Notes: generated by a model from the letters alone, not told the origin. A stretch of 64,000 bases of DNA from Octopus vulgaris (GCA_951406725.2 OX597820.1:127658001-127722000); one strand, 5' to 3'; shown: positions 1 to 60,728, counted from the stretch's first letter. Made by a program: numbers and translations.

Positions 1-448
1 ACACACACGTATACACTCATACAAACATATGCTCATTTCACAAAAGGGAAGAGGGGGAGAACGAGAAATAAAAAAAAATGGGTGGAAAGGCTGAATAAAC
101 GAAGAAATAGAAAAGTAAGCAAAACAGAAAAATAAAGAAACAAACGATGGTAGAAGATATTTATAAATATATAATGATATATAGAGAAAGAGATAGGAAA
201 TTATGGTTTAATATAGTTTCTGTAATGAAAAAAGGAAAAGAAGAAAAACAGAAATAGAAAAAGAAAATCCGTTTTCTCTCCAAAATTCGTTTCGTTTCGT
301 AATAGTGCAGAAATAGATTAGAAACTTCGCAATATACTTTGCAATATCTTTTGAAGATCTTTAGGGTGATAAATCATTGACTATCGATTTAATAAGATTC
401 GATAAACTCCCCCCTTTTTCTGGATGACTAACCATGGTGGCAACATAC

Positions 449-45617
<45,169 letters not shown>

Positions 45618-46774
45618 TGCTGCTCGTTAGTTAAACTAAAAATAAATGAAAGAAAACGATAACAACTGCTTTAAGAAGTGTTGATTTAATTTGCCGAAGC
45701 CATCTAAAATTCAAGATGTTTTTGCTAGCCGAGGATTATGGTATAAAGTAGATCAGTGGCAAATCCTTTAACGGATAGTCAAAGTTTTTTTTCCAGATAA
45801 TATATTAATTAGATATAGTGGATCAGTACTGAACAAGTTCTTATTTTACCGAATTCTAAAGGATGAAAGGCATAGCCGCTCTTGTATTGACTTAAAGACA
45901 GAATGTAAAAACGTAGGCAACTAAACACCGCAAGGCATCTTGTATATCATCTAGCGCCGCTTGAATTGTGCTATACTTTACATGTACCAATTTGAGAGAA
46001 GCTCCAAATGAAACCTAAAGCAGGTGTATATAGCTGGTTGCAGAGGCCCGCGTAAGCGAATATTCAACAAAAAACGTGACAGTTTTATAAATTGATTTTG
46101 ATATATTCACTATACACACTGTTTTGTGATCAATTGCCGCCGAGATCGACTTAGCCTTTCATTTTTTTGGTGCCGTCAAAATAAATACCATTTGAGTACA
46201 GGGGTCGATGTTCTCCCCAAATTCCAGGCCTTGTGCTTATAGTAGAAAGGATATCTTAACTATACAACTTTGACGCTACATATAGAGCTGGCAGGATACT
46301 TCATATAACATATGTCCAACACGGTGAGGTGCATCACCTTTTTTCTCTTGAATCGGTGTTTATAACATCATATCCTTTACCTAAAAATGCACCAACAAAA
46401 GCTTCTTATCCAAGAAAAGATATAGAAACACACAGGCGTTTATTTCTCATTCCCTGATGAAACATCGTTGACAATAATGTAACCTAATTCTTAATCAAAA
46501 CATTATTAATGCAGCCATTCACGATATTGTGAATATTTCTATCTCAGTTCTGACAAGTATCTACTAACTTCAATATTCATCTTGTATTTCTACTTCAATA
46601 GAAACTCTTCTCACAACGCTTCTATTAACTATATGCAACAGCAAATAATAATCGTTTTCATCTACGCAAACACTCAACCACTCTCATGCTGCCCGGCGTA
46701 ATGTGTTTAAATGAGTGTATTACATATACATACATACACACATACATACATACACACATACATACATACACACA

Positions 46775-46806
<32 letters not shown>

Positions 46807-48034
46807 CATACATACATACATACATGCATACATACATACATACATACATACATGCATACATACATACATACATACATACATGCATGTATACATACATACA
46901 TACATGCATGTATACATACATACATACATGCATGTATACATACATACATACATAACATAGATATACAAATATATAAATGCATATATATGTATGTGTACGT
47001 ATGAGTGTGAGCATTTACATACGTGTATGTGTATGAATGTATGAGTACATACGTATATGTATGTGCATATATTTATGTATATATAAGATATAAAAATTTG
47101 CACATATACACAAACGAACTTATCAGTGGCAGACGTACACACCGAGGATAATCCATATTTGCAATCAAACAAACACGTATTTATTATACGTGCTTATTCT
47201 CATTATCACATAGAAATAAACAGAAGATATGAATGTGATACTCATAACATTCTGTCTACTTGTATTTGTTTTTATATCTATTCTTTATTTTATTTTTATA
47301 TTTTTTCTTATTTCTTTATCACGAGCTGAAGCTGATGGCAAAACGTTCCACTTATAAAGCCATATATGATTTTTGTCATTTTTTTCTACAGATATCACAT
47401 GTGCACATACCCTTATAACAATTTTATTGTTATATATTCAAGCGTTAAGATTATACTATAACATAAGATAAATTGTAAAAAAACCAAAAACCTATAAAAA
47501 TTAGAATTGTATATGGATGCACCAATAAGGTTATTAGCCCATTCAGAATGAATGCCTGAGACACACTAGTAGCAGCATATTTCGATACCGTATGTAATTT
47601 TCGGAAGAAAATTTGAAATCTTTCGTTATTTACTTACAAATTTACTTGTGAATTGTAGTGATTACAATTGTATTTGACATACATACGTGCCTACATACAC
47701 ACACATACAGATGTACATGTGTACATATATTGGAGTATATATTTGTGTGGGTGTTTGTGTGTGTGTGTTCGTATATTTATACATGTATATACACATGCAC
47801 ATATATGTATATATATATGTATATATATATATAGATATATATATATATATACATACATACATATATACATACATACAAATATATATATATCTATACATAC
47901 ACATATATATATATACACATATATATATATATATACATATATCCCTTCATATACACGTATATACATAGGTTCGTATACATGTATATATAAATATAAAATC
48001 ATACATATGATATAAATACTTTGGGCAATAATTT

Positions 48035-48430
48035 CTCTTTCTGTTTCAAGTTTAATGTAGCTTTTATGGTATTATTTCAAGGTTTCACTACAAGCTGAGT
48101 TGACAAATGTCAGATAAAACCAAAAGGCCGTGAAAACTAGTGATGGAAGTGGACCAAATACGCTTGCCTAGTGCTACTCTAACCGTTTATATCTTTCTGT
48201 GAAGAAAACTTTTATTTGAAGCGTAAGTATTGCATCTTGCCACCATAGAAATAAACTTATCTAAATTTCTTTAAATCTATTGAATGATTTTCGCCGTTGA
48301 AGACCATCACTAGTTTTGCTCACACCAGATTTTATTTGACATATATCAGCTTAACTTGTGGAGAAACCATGGATAATAGTACAATAGCATGAAAAAGACT
48401 TTAAACTTGAAACAGATGTAAAGGAAATTA
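48035..48430. mobile_element. Old MITE / long degenerate inverted repeat
   Basis: tctgtttcaagttta...aaaactagtgatgg / ccatcactagtttt...taaacttgaaacaga. Confidence 0.65.
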
Positions 48431-49155
48431 TAATCTCTAATGTTTATCTTTCTTGTTGAAGGATAGCTTAAGTACTTGATAATCATGTTCCCCTCAACCA
48501 ATTATATATTTTATCCATCATAAATATAACGCTATTCATTATCATAGCAGTATTTCATGAAGTTTTCTTGGATACAGAAGCGATATTTCATCCTAATTCT
48601 TCTTCAAATATGCATATTAGTCAAGACGCCTTGAGTAATGGTTAAGACGTCGCACTCATATTCGAAAGAACATGTATTCAATTGCCAGACAAGCGGTGCG
48701 GTGTGTTCTTGAGCAAAACGTTTCATTTCACGTTGCTCCAGTCCACTCAGCTGGCACTCTGTTCAGAGGAAATATTGGCCTGTCTACCTAGTCAGGGGAA
48801 CAGTTTCATTAGAAAGTTACTACAATGTGCTGGAGAGCATTGTGACCTGAGGTATACAATAACATCTTGTCGATAAAATGATAGAGTGATGCAATGATAT
48901 TTATGTAGTAATAATCTACATTAAGTTGTGTTGCAAAATATGATCACTTTCCAGCACTTTGAATCTGATCGCCTGCACTACAGTTTTTGTGACAGCGACC
49001 AACTACAAGAAAGAGTCACTGAAAGAGCCCCCACGTAGTCTCTTAGCTTGCTGATATTAGCAACGAAATCTCAAACTACGCCCTTTTATGTTAGAAATAG
49101 AAGCAGTCTTATATATATATGTATACACACACATACATACGGACGTACACATACA

Positions 49156-49189
<34 letters not shown>

Positions 49190-49231
49190 CACACATACAT
49201 ACATGCATACATACATAATACACACACACAT

Positions 49232-49268
<37 letters not shown>

Positions 49269-49290
49269 AATTTGATAATGCAGTCTTTTA

Positions 49291-49347
<57 letters not shown>

Positions 49348-49590
49348 CTCTCTATATATATATATGTATGTATGTATGTATGTATATATGTATGTATGTA
49401 TATATACATGCACACACACACACACACACACATACGAGTTTTAGTGTCTGAAGAAACGCTGTTAAGCTGAGCGCTTTATGGACGTGAAACTCAGGCTACA
49501 CACATAGACTGGCCCTATCTATCTGTATCAATATACTCTATTGCTCTATAACTTAGAGTGTGCTTCTTTTTGGGATTTATGATTTACTGA

Positions 49591-49644
<54 letters not shown>

Positions 49645-50496
49645 GCATGCACGCACATAGCTGGTAACTGTTGGAATACTTTTGATAACAAATCTTACCA
49701 GTCACAGCGAATCTTGAACTGAACAAAAACGACAACCAAGTAGCCACAACCTGATCATTCATCCATGTTTTATTGACTAAAATAATCTTTTATACTATAG
49801 GCACAAGGACTGAAATTTGGGGAGGGGGTATGTCGATTAAATCAGCCCCAGTGCTATATTGGTATTTGTGTTATCGTTCCCAAAAGGATGAAAGGCAAAG
49901 TTGACCTCGGCGAAATTTGAACTCAGAAAGTAAAGACGGATGAAATACTGTTAAGCATTTCCCTCCTCCTCCTTCTTCTTCTTCTTCTTCTTCTTCTTCT
50001 TCTTCTTCTTCTTCTTCTTCTTCTTCTTCTTCTTCTTCTTCTTCTTCTTCTTCTTCTTCATTGACTTGACTCAGTATTTGTCTCATTCCTGAGCGGGTTT
50101 TTACCTCTAACCTCAGATATCTACACGATTTCAATAATCATTCTGATAATCGTTTCTCTTTCTATGAAGCAAAATATTTGTAGAAGCTCCGCAGGACACT
50201 CCATTCCAATCTCCTTTAACTATTTGACTATGTCACTACTCACACTCCCTAATTCACCAATTATCACAGGCACAAACCTTACAGATTTCATATAAAAAAA
50301 TGGAGAGTGAGCTAATGTGTGCTACGAACACTCGATCGCTATAAACAAATTATTTGTGCAGCTCCTTCGGCAAAAGTTGGACACTCATATGTCGTCTTCG
50401 ACAGCGATGTCCACCATTATTATTATTGTTATCATTATTATTATTGTTATCATTATTATTATTGTTATCATTATTATTATTGTTATTATTATTATT

Positions 50497-50954
50497 GAGT
50501 GAGAGAGCAGTGCATGCCATCAAATTGACACTGGGGTAAAATATAGGAAGCCCAGTATACCCATCATGACTACCCGTCTGATAAGGGCACACCAGGCACA
50601 TGCATCACAACCATATGTGCGCCACATGATTTCATATCAAGATAAACAGCACATGACCTTGCAGGTGGGGCCCAGTTAGAATTTTCTTCAGGTCGAGTAG
50701 CCCATCCGACTCAAAAGGTTCCTGAATAAGGGTTGTTTAAGGATGTTGAACGGAACACTCATGTTTCCAAGGGTGAATTATTCAAACCCCAAAGAATCCC
50801 TCTCAACACATGGCTATGATGCTCCCCCACTACTTCTGCTCGTGATCAGAGATGCACATATCGTCAGCCACCAAGGGACATGCTCAACTGGTTAAGGTCA
50901 AACAACTGACAAGCAAATATGTGGTAATGAACAGAATATTTGCTGTAGCCCATC

Positions 50955-50957
<3 letters not shown>
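50497..50957. mobile_element. ~460-bp non-autonomous retroelement embedded in (ATT)n
   Basis: GC-richer block flanked on both sides by (ATT)n (50416-50496, 50958-51026). Confidence 0.6.
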
Positions 50958-51008
<51 letters not shown>

Positions 51009-52009
51009 CATTATTATTATTATTATTCACAGTACAGTCACCATTAACTAGCAACAGCTGGTCTACTTTCGTCATATGCGATAATGAGACGAATGTCCAA
51101 TCTAAATAAGATCTCAAGGGTACGAGGTACAATAAATTCATTATCAAATAATCAGCGGAAGAAACTAAATTAGATTTTTAATAGCTAATAGCTAATCTTT
51201 AAAGCTAAGTCTGTAACTAAAATAGACATTAAACTGGTAAATCTGACGGCTATGAATACATCAATGTATTTAATTTACATGATAAACACTTTTCATGAAT
51301 CTCAACTAAATTCATTTGATGAAATAACATTGCTACAGACAAACAGACAATAACTATTAGGCATTCTGGAATATTTGACAGAACTTATAATCCGGCTGAC
51401 AAATTTGTCATAAGTTGTTAATTTCTGAAATAAATTACTGCAGTCTGTTATACTAACGCCGTGAAGATATACTTTTGAAGCATTTATCAAAATTGTTACA
51501 AACATTCCTAGCTTCTGAACGACATCTAAACAATTGAAATACAAATAGATATGTCTTAGTAATCGTCGATTTAGTGATTATTTCATCAGCTTGAAGCATG
51601 ATAATGCTAAGACAAATTTCACTTGATAAATACGGTGATAGTCTTAATAAGTAGTAGAGAACACAGCAATGCCAAACGATTATAATGTACAGAAACTAGA
51701 AATAACATGTACAGAACGTGTAAATTCCACGTATCTTGTTAATTATCATAATTAAATGAAAGAATTTACAGTTGTTTCATGTTAATTCTGACTGTAAATG
51801 GAAGAGGAAGGTTTCAAACAATAATGGTACTGGCTTAGGGTTAAATGTTTCTTTAGAGAATTTGTTAAATTTTTATTAACTTTATACATGTTTTCCTTCA
51901 TCATCTTTTTATAAAAGGGAAGTCGCGATGTAGCTCACAGATCCTAATTACCGATAATAATAGTACCATCAACAAGAAACAGGACCTACCTCTTGGTAGC
52001 ATTGCTAAG

Positions 52010-52605
52010 TCAGAGATTTCCGGAAGTTGTCCATTGTCTTCGGGATAGCTAATGGGAAAGTTCTACCGTCCGCCTCGTCAAGGCTGAGCGCCAGAAGTCA
52101 GGCGCCCAGGCATAGTCTTCCCTTGTTTCGGAATGGCTACTTCGTCACGGAAACCAGTTATGCGAAAAAGTGGCCACATCTGCTCGCTAACCAGGAATTT
52201 CTGTATACGCCACAACCTCTGCGCATGACAGTGTATCATCAGTCATGATATACTGAGATGTTTGTGCAGATGCTGTTGCTAGAAGATGAAATATTTGATC
52301 AATAGCATGTGCTTCTTCAATCAATTGTTGAAGAGCAGCAGCTGCTTTAATCTCCTTAAAGGAAACTAGAGCAAGACTCAATAATCAGTGTTTTACGGAA
52401 GAATAGATGTATGAGTTCGTCACTTCTGACCTACATTTCAGATATGGCTTCCTCAAGTTTTCGGAACAGACGCGTAAAGTATTACTTAAAAGATGCACTT
52501 ATCTGCTTAGAATCGTGTAGCATCCGCCCATCCCCGTCTGTTAAAAACCATATCGTAGCTTCTGTTTTTGTTTCCATATCGTGCTTCTGTCTTCCGGGTC
52601 CATAG
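52010..52605 (-). mobile_element. L1/Tx1 ORF2 remnant
   Basis: TIWFLTDGDGRMLHDSKQISASFK*YFTRLF matches the I..L....G....D...I...F..YY..LF linker. Confidence 0.55.
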
Positions 52606-53199
52606 TATTTTAAAAAGAAGTTAGTCACAGTGGTCTGAATCTTGAATAAGAGTATACTTGTCATTCAATATGTGTCCAAGTTTTAGATGTTTCTTAAAGG
52701 AAAATTTTAATATAGCTATAAAATAATAACAACAACAACAACAATGCTGATGATGATGACATGATGATAATGCTAATAATAATGATAACAGCAACAACAA
52801 CAAAAACAACAACAATAATACTCATTTCTACTATAGGCACAAAGTCTGGAATTTGGGGGAGAGGTAAGATGATTACATTGACTCCAGGTTTCAACTGGTA
52901 CTTATTTTATCGACCCTGAAAGGATGAAAGGCAAAGTTGACCCCCGGAATTTGAACTCAGAATGCAAAGACGAAAGAAATGCCGCTAAGCATTTTGCCCG
53001 GCGTGCCAATGATTCTGCTAGCTCGTCACCTTGACAACAACAACAACAACGATAAAAATAATCCTTTCTACTATAGGGGTGCTATCGATTCTGCCAGTTC
53101 GTTGCCTTCAATGATAATAACAACAACAACAACAACAAAAATATCAATAATAATAATAATAATTATTATTATTATTGACAAGAATAAGCCATCTATTTT

Positions 53200-53568
53200 T
53201 ATATATAGATGACTTTATGGCAAAAACGAAAATGAGCTTGATAAATGTGCCAAGGCCAGTTTCCAGAAAGGGAAACTGAAGACCTCACATTCAGTGGAGT
53301 CGGATGTTGACACAGTTATAAATGAACCTGAGCAGGAACAAACTTACAAATACCTCGGAATAAATGAAGGGCTCTGGCATTCAGCATGCAAGCATGAAAA
53401 AGAGATCAGGAAGGAATGTTACAGGAGAGTTCAAGCAGTCCTGAAATCTGAGTTAAATACCCGTAACAAGGTGTTAGCAATAAATTCCTGAGCAGTTCCA
53501 GTTGTTATTTATAGTGTCAATGTGTTGAACAAGAATATCAGCGAAATAAGGAAAATTGACAGGATAAT
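53200..53568 (+). mobile_element. R4/Dong-clade RT fragment
   Basis: LDKCAKASFQKGKL...EQEQTYKYLGINEG...IRKECYRRVQAVLKSELNTRNKVLAINS; adjacent to AAT/AAC repeats. Confidence 0.8.
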
Positions 53569-53569
53569 T

Positions 53570-54767
53570 TACTAACAGAAGTAACTTCATAAATTTCACT
53601 TCAATCCGTACACTTCGTTAAATTTGCCTACAAATTTCTTATTTACTTTTGCAACGTGTTGTGTATTTTTTTGTTGTTGACAGAATTATTGACAGAAGTA
53701 ACTTCAAAAATTTCACTTAAACATGTACACTTAGTTAATTTCCCAAACAATTTCTTATTTACTTTTGCAACGGTTTTGTGTTTTTCTGCTGTTAACGGTT
53801 TTTTTCTAGTTCCTTCGATACTGGTTCTTTGGTTCACTGATAAATTTCGCTTCAACCCGTACAATTCTTTACTTTCCATAAAAGTTTCTTATATACTTTC
53901 TGCTCGTCGTATTAAGAAATATATTTTCCGTTACCCAGTTATTTTAACTGTTTACTATCTTCTATACCCGTGTATTTCTGTATACATATATAACCATGCC
54001 AAGAGTGAAAGTGTCAAATTTCTCTACAATGTCAAGGTCAGCCAAAAGAATGTCTCTGTTCAGGGAAAAGCGACAGTCGCAGAAAGAGAAGCATACCAAG
54101 AAGTGAACAGACTGTGCACTACAAAAGCCAGAGCATCTCAAAGTGATGAACAGAGGATCTCTACTGTTTGCAACAGCTCAGAGAAGCAACTTCTATAAAG
54201 CAGCTTTCAATTATGATCCAGCAGTTCATTATGCAGATGACACTAGAGTTTCCATTGGTGCAATGACAACTGAGTGCATGCATTGTAAAGCAAGGGAGTG
54301 TCCTGGAGAGACACCTGCTCTGTGCTGCAGTGGTGGAAAGGTTAAACTTACTGCAATCCTCCAAACTGCAGAGTCATTGAAGAAACTGTTGCCAAGCACT
54401 TCCAAAACAAAATTAAACAATGCAACGCTGCACTACAGATGGCATCATTTGGAGTCACCAAGATATTTGTTAGCCAGGATTCATGCACACTTTCAAGATC
54501 CAAGGTCAGATTTATCATCGGATTGGCTCTCTACTACCTCTGTGAAATGAATCACCAAAATCGGCCTTTCATTGTTTATAATATGTACCTGTTTTTGGTT
54601 ACGAAATAAGCTATGCAACACGTCCTTTCGAATTGCGTGTATTTACTTTATATACATATATGGGTCGAAAACTTTTTTTAACATTTCACTTGACGTCTAT
54701 ATTCCATGCTGGCATGGAATATTCATTATTCTCTTTAACCTTGGTAACGCCAGGTATTTCTGCTAAT
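53570..54767 (+). mobile_element. Internally deleted Helitron (RepHel N-terminal region)
   Basis: AAFNYDP..Y....VSIGAM..ECMHCKA..CPGET..LCCSGGKVKL and QMASFG...TFKIQGQIYHRIGSLLP; 3' hairpin ccttggtaacgccagg + ctgctaa; ~120-bp tandem repeat at 53560-53770. Confidence 0.85.
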
Positions 54768-55344
54768 CATGAATAAATTATCTAACTGAAATTCCTAAAC
54801 TCCTCAATTTAAATCTATTAGTATCCAGTTTTATAACCGATTTTGTTGCAGAATGCACACATTCATATATACATAGTTATATGTATTTATATAAACACTT
54901 GTACACTTATCCATTTATGTATATATATATACATATACACACACGCGCGTATACACACATGGATTCTTTTATTTGCTTCCATACTGGAGCACCGCCTTTA
55001 GTCGAACAAATAGACCCCAGGACTTATTCTTTTTAAGCCTAGTACTTAATATATCGATTCATTTAGCCGAACAGCTAAGTTACGGGGATGTGGACACACC
55101 AACGTCAGTTGTCAAGCGATGGCGGGGGAAACACAGAGACACAAGCATACACACACAAGTACACACACATATATACATATACGACGGGCTTCTTTCAGTT
55201 TCCCTCAACCAAATCCACTCACAAGACTTTAGTCGGCGCGAGACTATAGTAGAAGACACTTGCCCAAGGTGTCACGCCGTGGGACTGAACCCGGAACCAT
55301 GTGGTTTGTAAGCAAGCTACTTACCACACAGCTACACACTCACG

Positions 55345-55382
<38 letters not shown>

Positions 55383-55415
55383 ATTTTTTACAATATGCAT
55401 ACATATACAGTTCAT

Positions 55416-55449
<34 letters not shown>

Positions 55450-55539
55450 TTGTTGTAAAACATTATTTCGTATATCAATTCAAATCTAAAAGAATTTATA
55501 TCTCAATAATGGGTTTATAATATTAATCCCACTAACACT

Positions 55540-56211
55540 TTATTTAAAATACAAGCGAAATAACTATTCTTCCATATATAGAAGCAAAACAAAAACGAGA
55601 CCAACTCGATACGGTCAACGAAAAATTTAAATACCTACATACTACAAAAAACAAAGTAATACAATAGAAACGAAATATCCGAAATACGAACAACGATCCA
55701 AAACAACAAATTAAACAAGATAAAAACGCTATATCTTCATATATATACCACATTATTCATTCACTCACTTACATATACATATAGATACATATAAACAAAG
55801 CGGAAAACGAAACTAATTCTAAACAGACGTAGAAAAATAAATTCTATACATACTTCAAAGCCAAAATAATACCAATATCAAATAATTTATTATTTTGGTT
55901 ACCACGTGAAATGTTGAAGAAGATATATTGATCTGATGAAGCCTCATTATATTATATTATAATTCTTGAAAACTTGTTCTTTTTTTTGATGAAATGGAAA
56001 CAGCTGTAATTTAGTTGTGTCATTTGTTTGAATAAAATGATTAAATTGAACTGAATTTATAATTGTTCACTTTATTGTTTTTGTTTTCCATTTCTTATTT
56101 ATATTTATATATTGATACACTCTATGTTTATTTTATTTATTTACCTATTATCTATTTGCATAAAACTGTTATTGATATAGGTAAAAAAAAAACCCAGTAA
56201 ATTCTTCGGAT

Positions 56212-56215
<4 letters not shown>
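55540..56215 (+). mobile_element. Penelope-like 3' remnant with a long-stem hammerhead-like motif
   Basis: CTGATGA at 55933 ... GAAACAGCTGTA at ~55997; tail similar to 8340-8520. Confidence 0.5.
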
Positions 56216-56277
<62 letters not shown>

Positions 56278-56399
56278 AAATTTTGAATTCAGTCCAGTCC
56301 TACCTTTGCGGACAACCAGGGGTCTGCAGACTCCAGGTTAGGGAGCACTGCTGTAGGTGGTCCTATATGATTATTTTCAAAATAGGATACAATTGACTG

Positions 56400-57712
56400 T
56401 GGAATATCATCATCATCTACAAGTTGTTCTTATCCATCTACAGCATCATCAACCGACAGGAAGGCAAGGGCAACAAAACACCGCATTTTTAGACTAAAAC
56501 TGTCATCTTCGTGATATCAGTATTTTAGTCCTCCTTGTACAACATGCTTGTACACATTTAGTCCTAAATGAAACAAGCAGCATGCAAAATTCGTCCCAGG
56601 AAACGATTCCAGATATCCGTTATGAGCTGCTTTTTCGAAATCAATAATTATATTATCAGATCCTTCATTCTGCAGTAATTCATTTATTTTGGCAAAATGT
56701 CTTCTATATGTGTATTGACTTTTGTCAGAGAGCAATGCGGACAATCGTGGGGCATTAAAATTATCAATTTGTATGTGGAGTGTATATAACTGAAAAAAAT
56801 ATACAAGAGCAGCACTTAAATGTTCCATTTGCCGGCCAGTTCTTGTGCTGTTTTAACTGTCGAAGTGCTTCGTCACTTACAAGTATTACTATTCGCTTTG
56901 CATCTTCTCTCTCGCTGTCATACTGTCAAAACGTTTTATCATTGTCAAGGTAGCAGTATTCACTTGGAATGGAAAGCCCAACATTTGTAAGGGGTGGCAG
57001 GATAGATGGAATCAGCTTGCCTCCAACATCAAATATTGCTTTGAAGTAGTGCGAATGGAGGTATTTGCAACAATGTACAGTCGTTTAAATTCTGAATTTC
57101 ACGAGAGATAATTGAGCGAGGGGCATCACGAGATGAAATAGACTTTACTTTAATATTAAAAAAAACTATTATCCTTGCATTCACCTCTGCAGTAGTTCAA
57201 GCAAGATTAAAGATCCCAATCTTCTTAATCTCTTTATAATTTTCATCTGTTTGTAGTCAGCCTTGTACACACGATTTCGCACCTCTAATATATCTTCAAT
57301 CCATCTGCATTCTGGTTATTTTTTGTGTTTATATAATTTTCTTGATCGACCACTTTGATTGTTTTCTTTCTCTAAAGTTATGATCTTGCTGGTAATCATG
57401 TTGATGGCGAGGCGTATTGAATAAATTTAATTCGATTTACTTGAAAATATTTGCTCGTAAACTGTTCAGCGCAGATACTTAAGAAAGAGGCGGGGAGGGG
57501 TTAAAGAAAAGAAAAATATATCTAAAACTTTCCAACAACAATTTTAATTCTAAAGGGATTGTTCTAAACTTTCCTTCGAAAATCCCATTTAAGTGTATTT
57601 TGGGACGAATTGGCCAGCGCCGAATTGACTTGGGGATGAATTGATCAACGACGAATTGACCGGGGACAAATTAACCGACGACGAAATAACTGGGGAAGAA
57701 TTGTCCTAGCAC
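56400..57712 (-). mobile_element. Mutator/MULE transposon remnant
   Basis: IIIDFEKAAHNG..ESFPG..FACCLFHLG.NVYKHVVQGGLK..Y...FSLKMRCFVALAFL; ~15-bp subterminal repeats gacgaattgac(c) at 57602-57712. Confidence 0.8.
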
Positions 57713-57909
57713 CAAAATAAGTACCCCTAGATTTCAGGCCTTGTACCTATAGTAGAAAAGATTATTATCATTAACAACAACAACAAATATGGTACGAATA
57801 TTTATTTCCCCCCACTGTATATGTATATATATGTTAAGTATTTATTTAAAAACTATATATGCATATATGTGTTTAGATATATTTTACACATAAACATATG
57901 AGCACAAAC

Positions 57910-57948
<39 letters not shown>

Positions 57949-59036
57949 TCACATATCTATACATATATATTTGGAATAGACAAGAAGGCATATGGTATGG
58001 AGAATTGTGTAAGCATCTCGCTCCGCTGTTCGTGCCATTTTGCTTTACATTTTAACACCAGAGATTAATTATTTATATTTCATATTTTGTATTCTAATAT
58101 TAGCTCTATTCTATTTTTATTCTCATATTTTTTCCGTGATCTTACAACAACATCCTTTGCCTAATCTCTATTTGACTATAGTTTCCATCACCAGTATCTT
58201 CTAATTCAAAAATCAAGCATATTTTGTATTCACTCTTATTGCTGTTTCCGTTTTTATCATCTGATTTTTCCTACAACTATTTTAATTTAATTTTTTACTG
58301 CGACAATATTTGCTATCCGCATTCGGTGAGATGGCAGAATGTCTTCTAATTTTTGCTTCTGACTCTACGTTCAGAGATCAAATTACACCAAGTTGAAACT
58401 TATTTTTCAGTATTGTAACTATTGTTGAAGCGGAGAGCTGGTAGAAACGTTAACGCACCGGGAGAAATGCTTAGCGGCATTTCGTCCGTCTTTACGTTCT
58501 GGGTTCAAATTCTGCCGAGGTTGCTTTTCATCCTTTCGGGGTCGATGAAATAAGTACCAGTGAAACACTGGGGTCGATGTAATCGACTAGTCCCCTCCTC
58601 CAAAATTTCAGGACTTGTGCCTTTCGTAGAAAGGATTATTATAATTATGGGTAAGGTGGCGAGTTTGCAGAAACGTTAGCAGCCCGGGCAAAATGCTCAG
58701 CTTTACCTTTTATCCGTTCGGGGTCGGTAAAATACGTACCGGTCGTATACCGGGGTCGATGTAAACGACTATCCCCTCCTCACAAAATTTCAGGCCTTGA
58801 GCCTATTGTAGAAAGGATTATTAAGGTGGCGATCTGGCAGAATTGTTTGAGTGTCGGACAAAATGCTTAGCATAGTTTCCTCCAACTCATTAGGTGCTAA
58901 GCACAAGTTTGGTCGAGATCAACTTTGATTTTGGGGTTGATAAAAGAAATACCAGTCAAGTACTGGAATCGAATTAATCGACTCCCTCCCCATCTAATTG
59001 CTGACCTTGTGCCTATATTAGGCAGAATTATTACTA

Positions 59037-60320
59037 CAGTAGATGTCGGATATAACGGACGCCTCGGGACCGGGAAAATTTCTCAGTTATATCCGATTGT
59101 CCGTTTTAACCGAAAACGAAGTGGAACCCGTTTGTACGGCGCACCCTTCTACAGAGTATATTGTACACGTCGCAATCTCAGGATCCATGAGTACTAAATG
59201 AAAACCAACACTTTGAATTACTGTACTGTTGCTAATCTACTTTTATAGAATTGACAGATTTGAGATTAAGTACATACGAAGACGTTCACTTATGAATACA
59301 TTTATTTCGGTATCGGTTCGAAAAAGTCGGTCATTTTCTTTTGTCTTGGAATCATATATGTATTCTTGTGAATCAGTTTCTCTATTTTCTCTGTGCAATC
59401 GAAAATGCCTTCCGTTTCTGGCCATTCTACCGTGAGAAGAAACCGTCAGAAAGTATTCAAGGCGGAATATGTATCTCCACATGTGGGAGGGGTAATGCAT
59501 TCACCACCTTCCTCATTGCCATCATCATCCTCAGCTTCGTCGTCTATATCAACAACACATTTGACATCTGCAGAGCTTCTCAATTCTGCGACAATCTCCT
59601 CGTTAGACCAACGCTCGGTGGTACTGACATCAGCCGAATCGATGTTCACATACTCATCTAATGCCGGAAGTTCTAGCGCCCAAAATGTCATTTAGACAAT
59701 TCCAACTGTTTCGAAAAACCGTGTAGTCATCATCCTGGATTTCATTGTCCGCAATTCTATCGTCACTCGTCTCTTCCACACTTTCGTTCGCAAGTTGTTT
59801 GATGTTTTTAATGTATTATATAGGTGTAAATTGCGACGCTAAATGCGAATTTGTTATTCATTTATTTCAGAAAAATTTTTGCGAAAATGTACCGATGTTA
59901 AAAGTTTGATAAATTTCAGAATTTTCAGCCAATCAGAAAACAGCGCGTTCGCTGCCTCTTCCATCGTCTGTCACAGTAGCGAAAATGAGGGGGGGGGGAG
60001 GCACTGACATGTCAAAACAGTAGAAATAACGGTGAAAAACATTAAAACATACGCGAGCAAATTAAATATTTAAAAGCTACGAGCAAACCAACTGGATTTG
60101 CTAGAAATAAGTCAAAACATTGCTTAAAACAGACATTTTTTAGTTAAAAAATAACCAAGGAAATTTAGATTGTTTTTGACCATTGGGGCCGAGAAAAATC
60201 GTCCGTTATAAGTGATTGTTCATTATATCCGAGTCCGTTATAGGAGCCGAAATCTATTTGAAATTTTCATTACGAAGATCCGGACTGAACAATTTTGTCC
60301 GTTATATCAGAAGTCTAATG
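59037..60320 (-). mobile_element. Tigger/pogo element, internally deleted, TA TSD
   Basis: ta|cagtagatgtcggatataacggac ... gtccgttatatcagaagtctaatg|ta; minus-strand DEYVNIDS.DVSTTE..SNEEIV..DDEAEDD..PPT..D...AL resembles the pogo C-terminus. Confidence 0.85.
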
Positions 60321-60553
60321 TATTATAAGTGTCACCATCATTATCATTATAATAGCCATCGGCTCCATTGAACTGTGCCTACGTTCTCACACTACAGTAC
60401 TTCTAGGCGAAATATCTTCACATCTGGTAGACTCTCCTGAGGCGACGATTATTTCCTAACTTCCGTTGTAGTAAGATAATAAACTCCCAGTATATGTATA
60501 TATATACACACACATACGTATATGTTTATACATGCAAATATATATATGTGTTC

Positions 60554-60662
<109 letters not shown>

Positions 60663-60728
60663 TGTGTGTGTGTTTTCGGTGCGAGAATTTGAAAATTCAA
60701 ACTTTGTTTATTTGCAGTTTGTTTATTC

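Noticed and set aside
53656-54198. 180-aa hydrophobic ORF as a membrane-protein gene
   Set aside because: Spans the T-rich tandem repeats and 5' region of the Helitron relic.
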